This document shows, piece after piece, positions 38,977 through 39,747 of a stretch of DNA of 39,747 nt. The position numbers and the translations under genes are program-made. Positions within the stretch are counted from its first letter, which is position 1. Each line of letters starts with the position of its first letter. Source of the DNA: Methanothermococcus sp. SCGC AD-155-E23 (GTDB taxonomy: Archaea > AGJL01 > Methanococci > Methanococcales > Methanococcaceae). The DNA lies in contig JAHEQA010000047.1 in assembly GCA_019561615.1 (NCBI GenBank), positions 1-39,747 on the forward strand. Direction: 5' to 3'. The notes below the pieces were generated by a model. It saw nothing but the letters and a program-made list of their open reading frames with translations. It was not told the DNA's origin and did no database searches.

Positions 38977-39747
38977 TAGATTCTAAAACTAAACTCTTAG
39001 GGCTTATTGGGCATCCTGTGGAGCACTCCCTCTCCCCCCTTATGCACAACAGTGCCCTGAGGGATAAGGACTTAAACTATGTATACCTAGCCTTCGATGT
39101 CCATCCTGATAAATTGAGGTATGTAGTAGATGGGGCAAAGGCCCTTGGAACCTTTAGAGGTTTCAACGTTACAGTACCTCATAAGGTGGAGATTATAAAA
39201 TACCTGGATAAGTTGGATAGGGAGGCTCAACTTATTGGGGCTGTCAACACCGTGAAAATAGAGGGGGATATGGCACTTGGATACAACACAGATGGTCTAG
39301 GAGCACGTATGGCACTTGAGGAGGAGATAGGGAAGGTAAGGGGAAGGGATATACTTGTAATAGGTGCAGGTGGTGCTGCAAGGGCTGTGGCCTTTGAAAT
39401 GGCAAAGGATAACAAGGTCACCATAGTAAATAGAACACCTGAGAAGGCAAAACTTTTAGCGGAGGAGATCTCTAGAAAGTTAAATAGAGAGGTAGGTTAT
39501 GGAGATCTAAGTGTAGATGTGGGAAGGTATGAGATAGTTATCCATGCCACCCCAGTGGGTATGTATCCCCATGTAGATGTAAAGCCTGTAATAGATGTGG
39601 AGAGGATACACAGTGGTATGGTGGTGATGGACCTTATATACAATCCAAGGGAGACCGTCCTACTTAGAGAGGCTAAAAAGAGAGGTGCAAAAACTATCAA
39701 CGGTATTGGGATGTTGGTCTATCAGGGTGCCTTAGCCTTTGAGATAT
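38973..39747 (+). CDS. aroE: Shikimate dehydrogenase (3'-truncated by the window edge; absent from the ORF track)
   Basis: ATG at 38973 overlaps the pscS TGA. Reads [59 protein letters not shown] and GMLVYQGA. Confidence 0.95.
   Translation, partial: [258 protein letters not shown]

Overview
This is archaeal chromosomal DNA, almost certainly from a thermophilic or hyperthermophilic Methanococcales methanogen. The evidence is an HMf-type histone, reverse gyrase, SepCysS, HcgA/HmdB, TfrA, a triple-hairpin A1Ao c subunit, GGTGA-type RBSs and TATA/BRE promoters. Most of the window is housekeeping genes: carA/pyrB, trm4, nrdD, tfrA, pstSCA, htpX, histone, rgy, truD, korA, USP, aminotransferase, hcgA, thrB, the complete atpHIKECFABD operon, rps2, rps3ae, pscS and a partial aroE. 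I see no CRISPR array, tRNA/rRNA or transposase. Four things stand out. (1) A ~380-bp non-coding island between the convergent nrdD and tfrA genes carries six copies of a GGTGCGRAWTBCG motif in both orientations, a 32-bp palindrome and repeated TTTCTTATA boxes; it is a candidate origin, segregation site or ncRNA locus. (2) A bacterial-type beta-carbonic anhydrase shares the 5'UTR and lipoprotein signal peptide of the adjacent pstS through a 143-bp near-perfect duplication, plus a diverged copy of its promoter. (3) The left end has a ~1-kb inversion that splits carA and creates an in-frame CarA/Xaa-Pro peptidase chimera, most likely an amplification or assembly artefact. (4) The rps2 leader has a possible two-state RNA switch. 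All functional calls come from recognising motifs by eye; no database searches were run.
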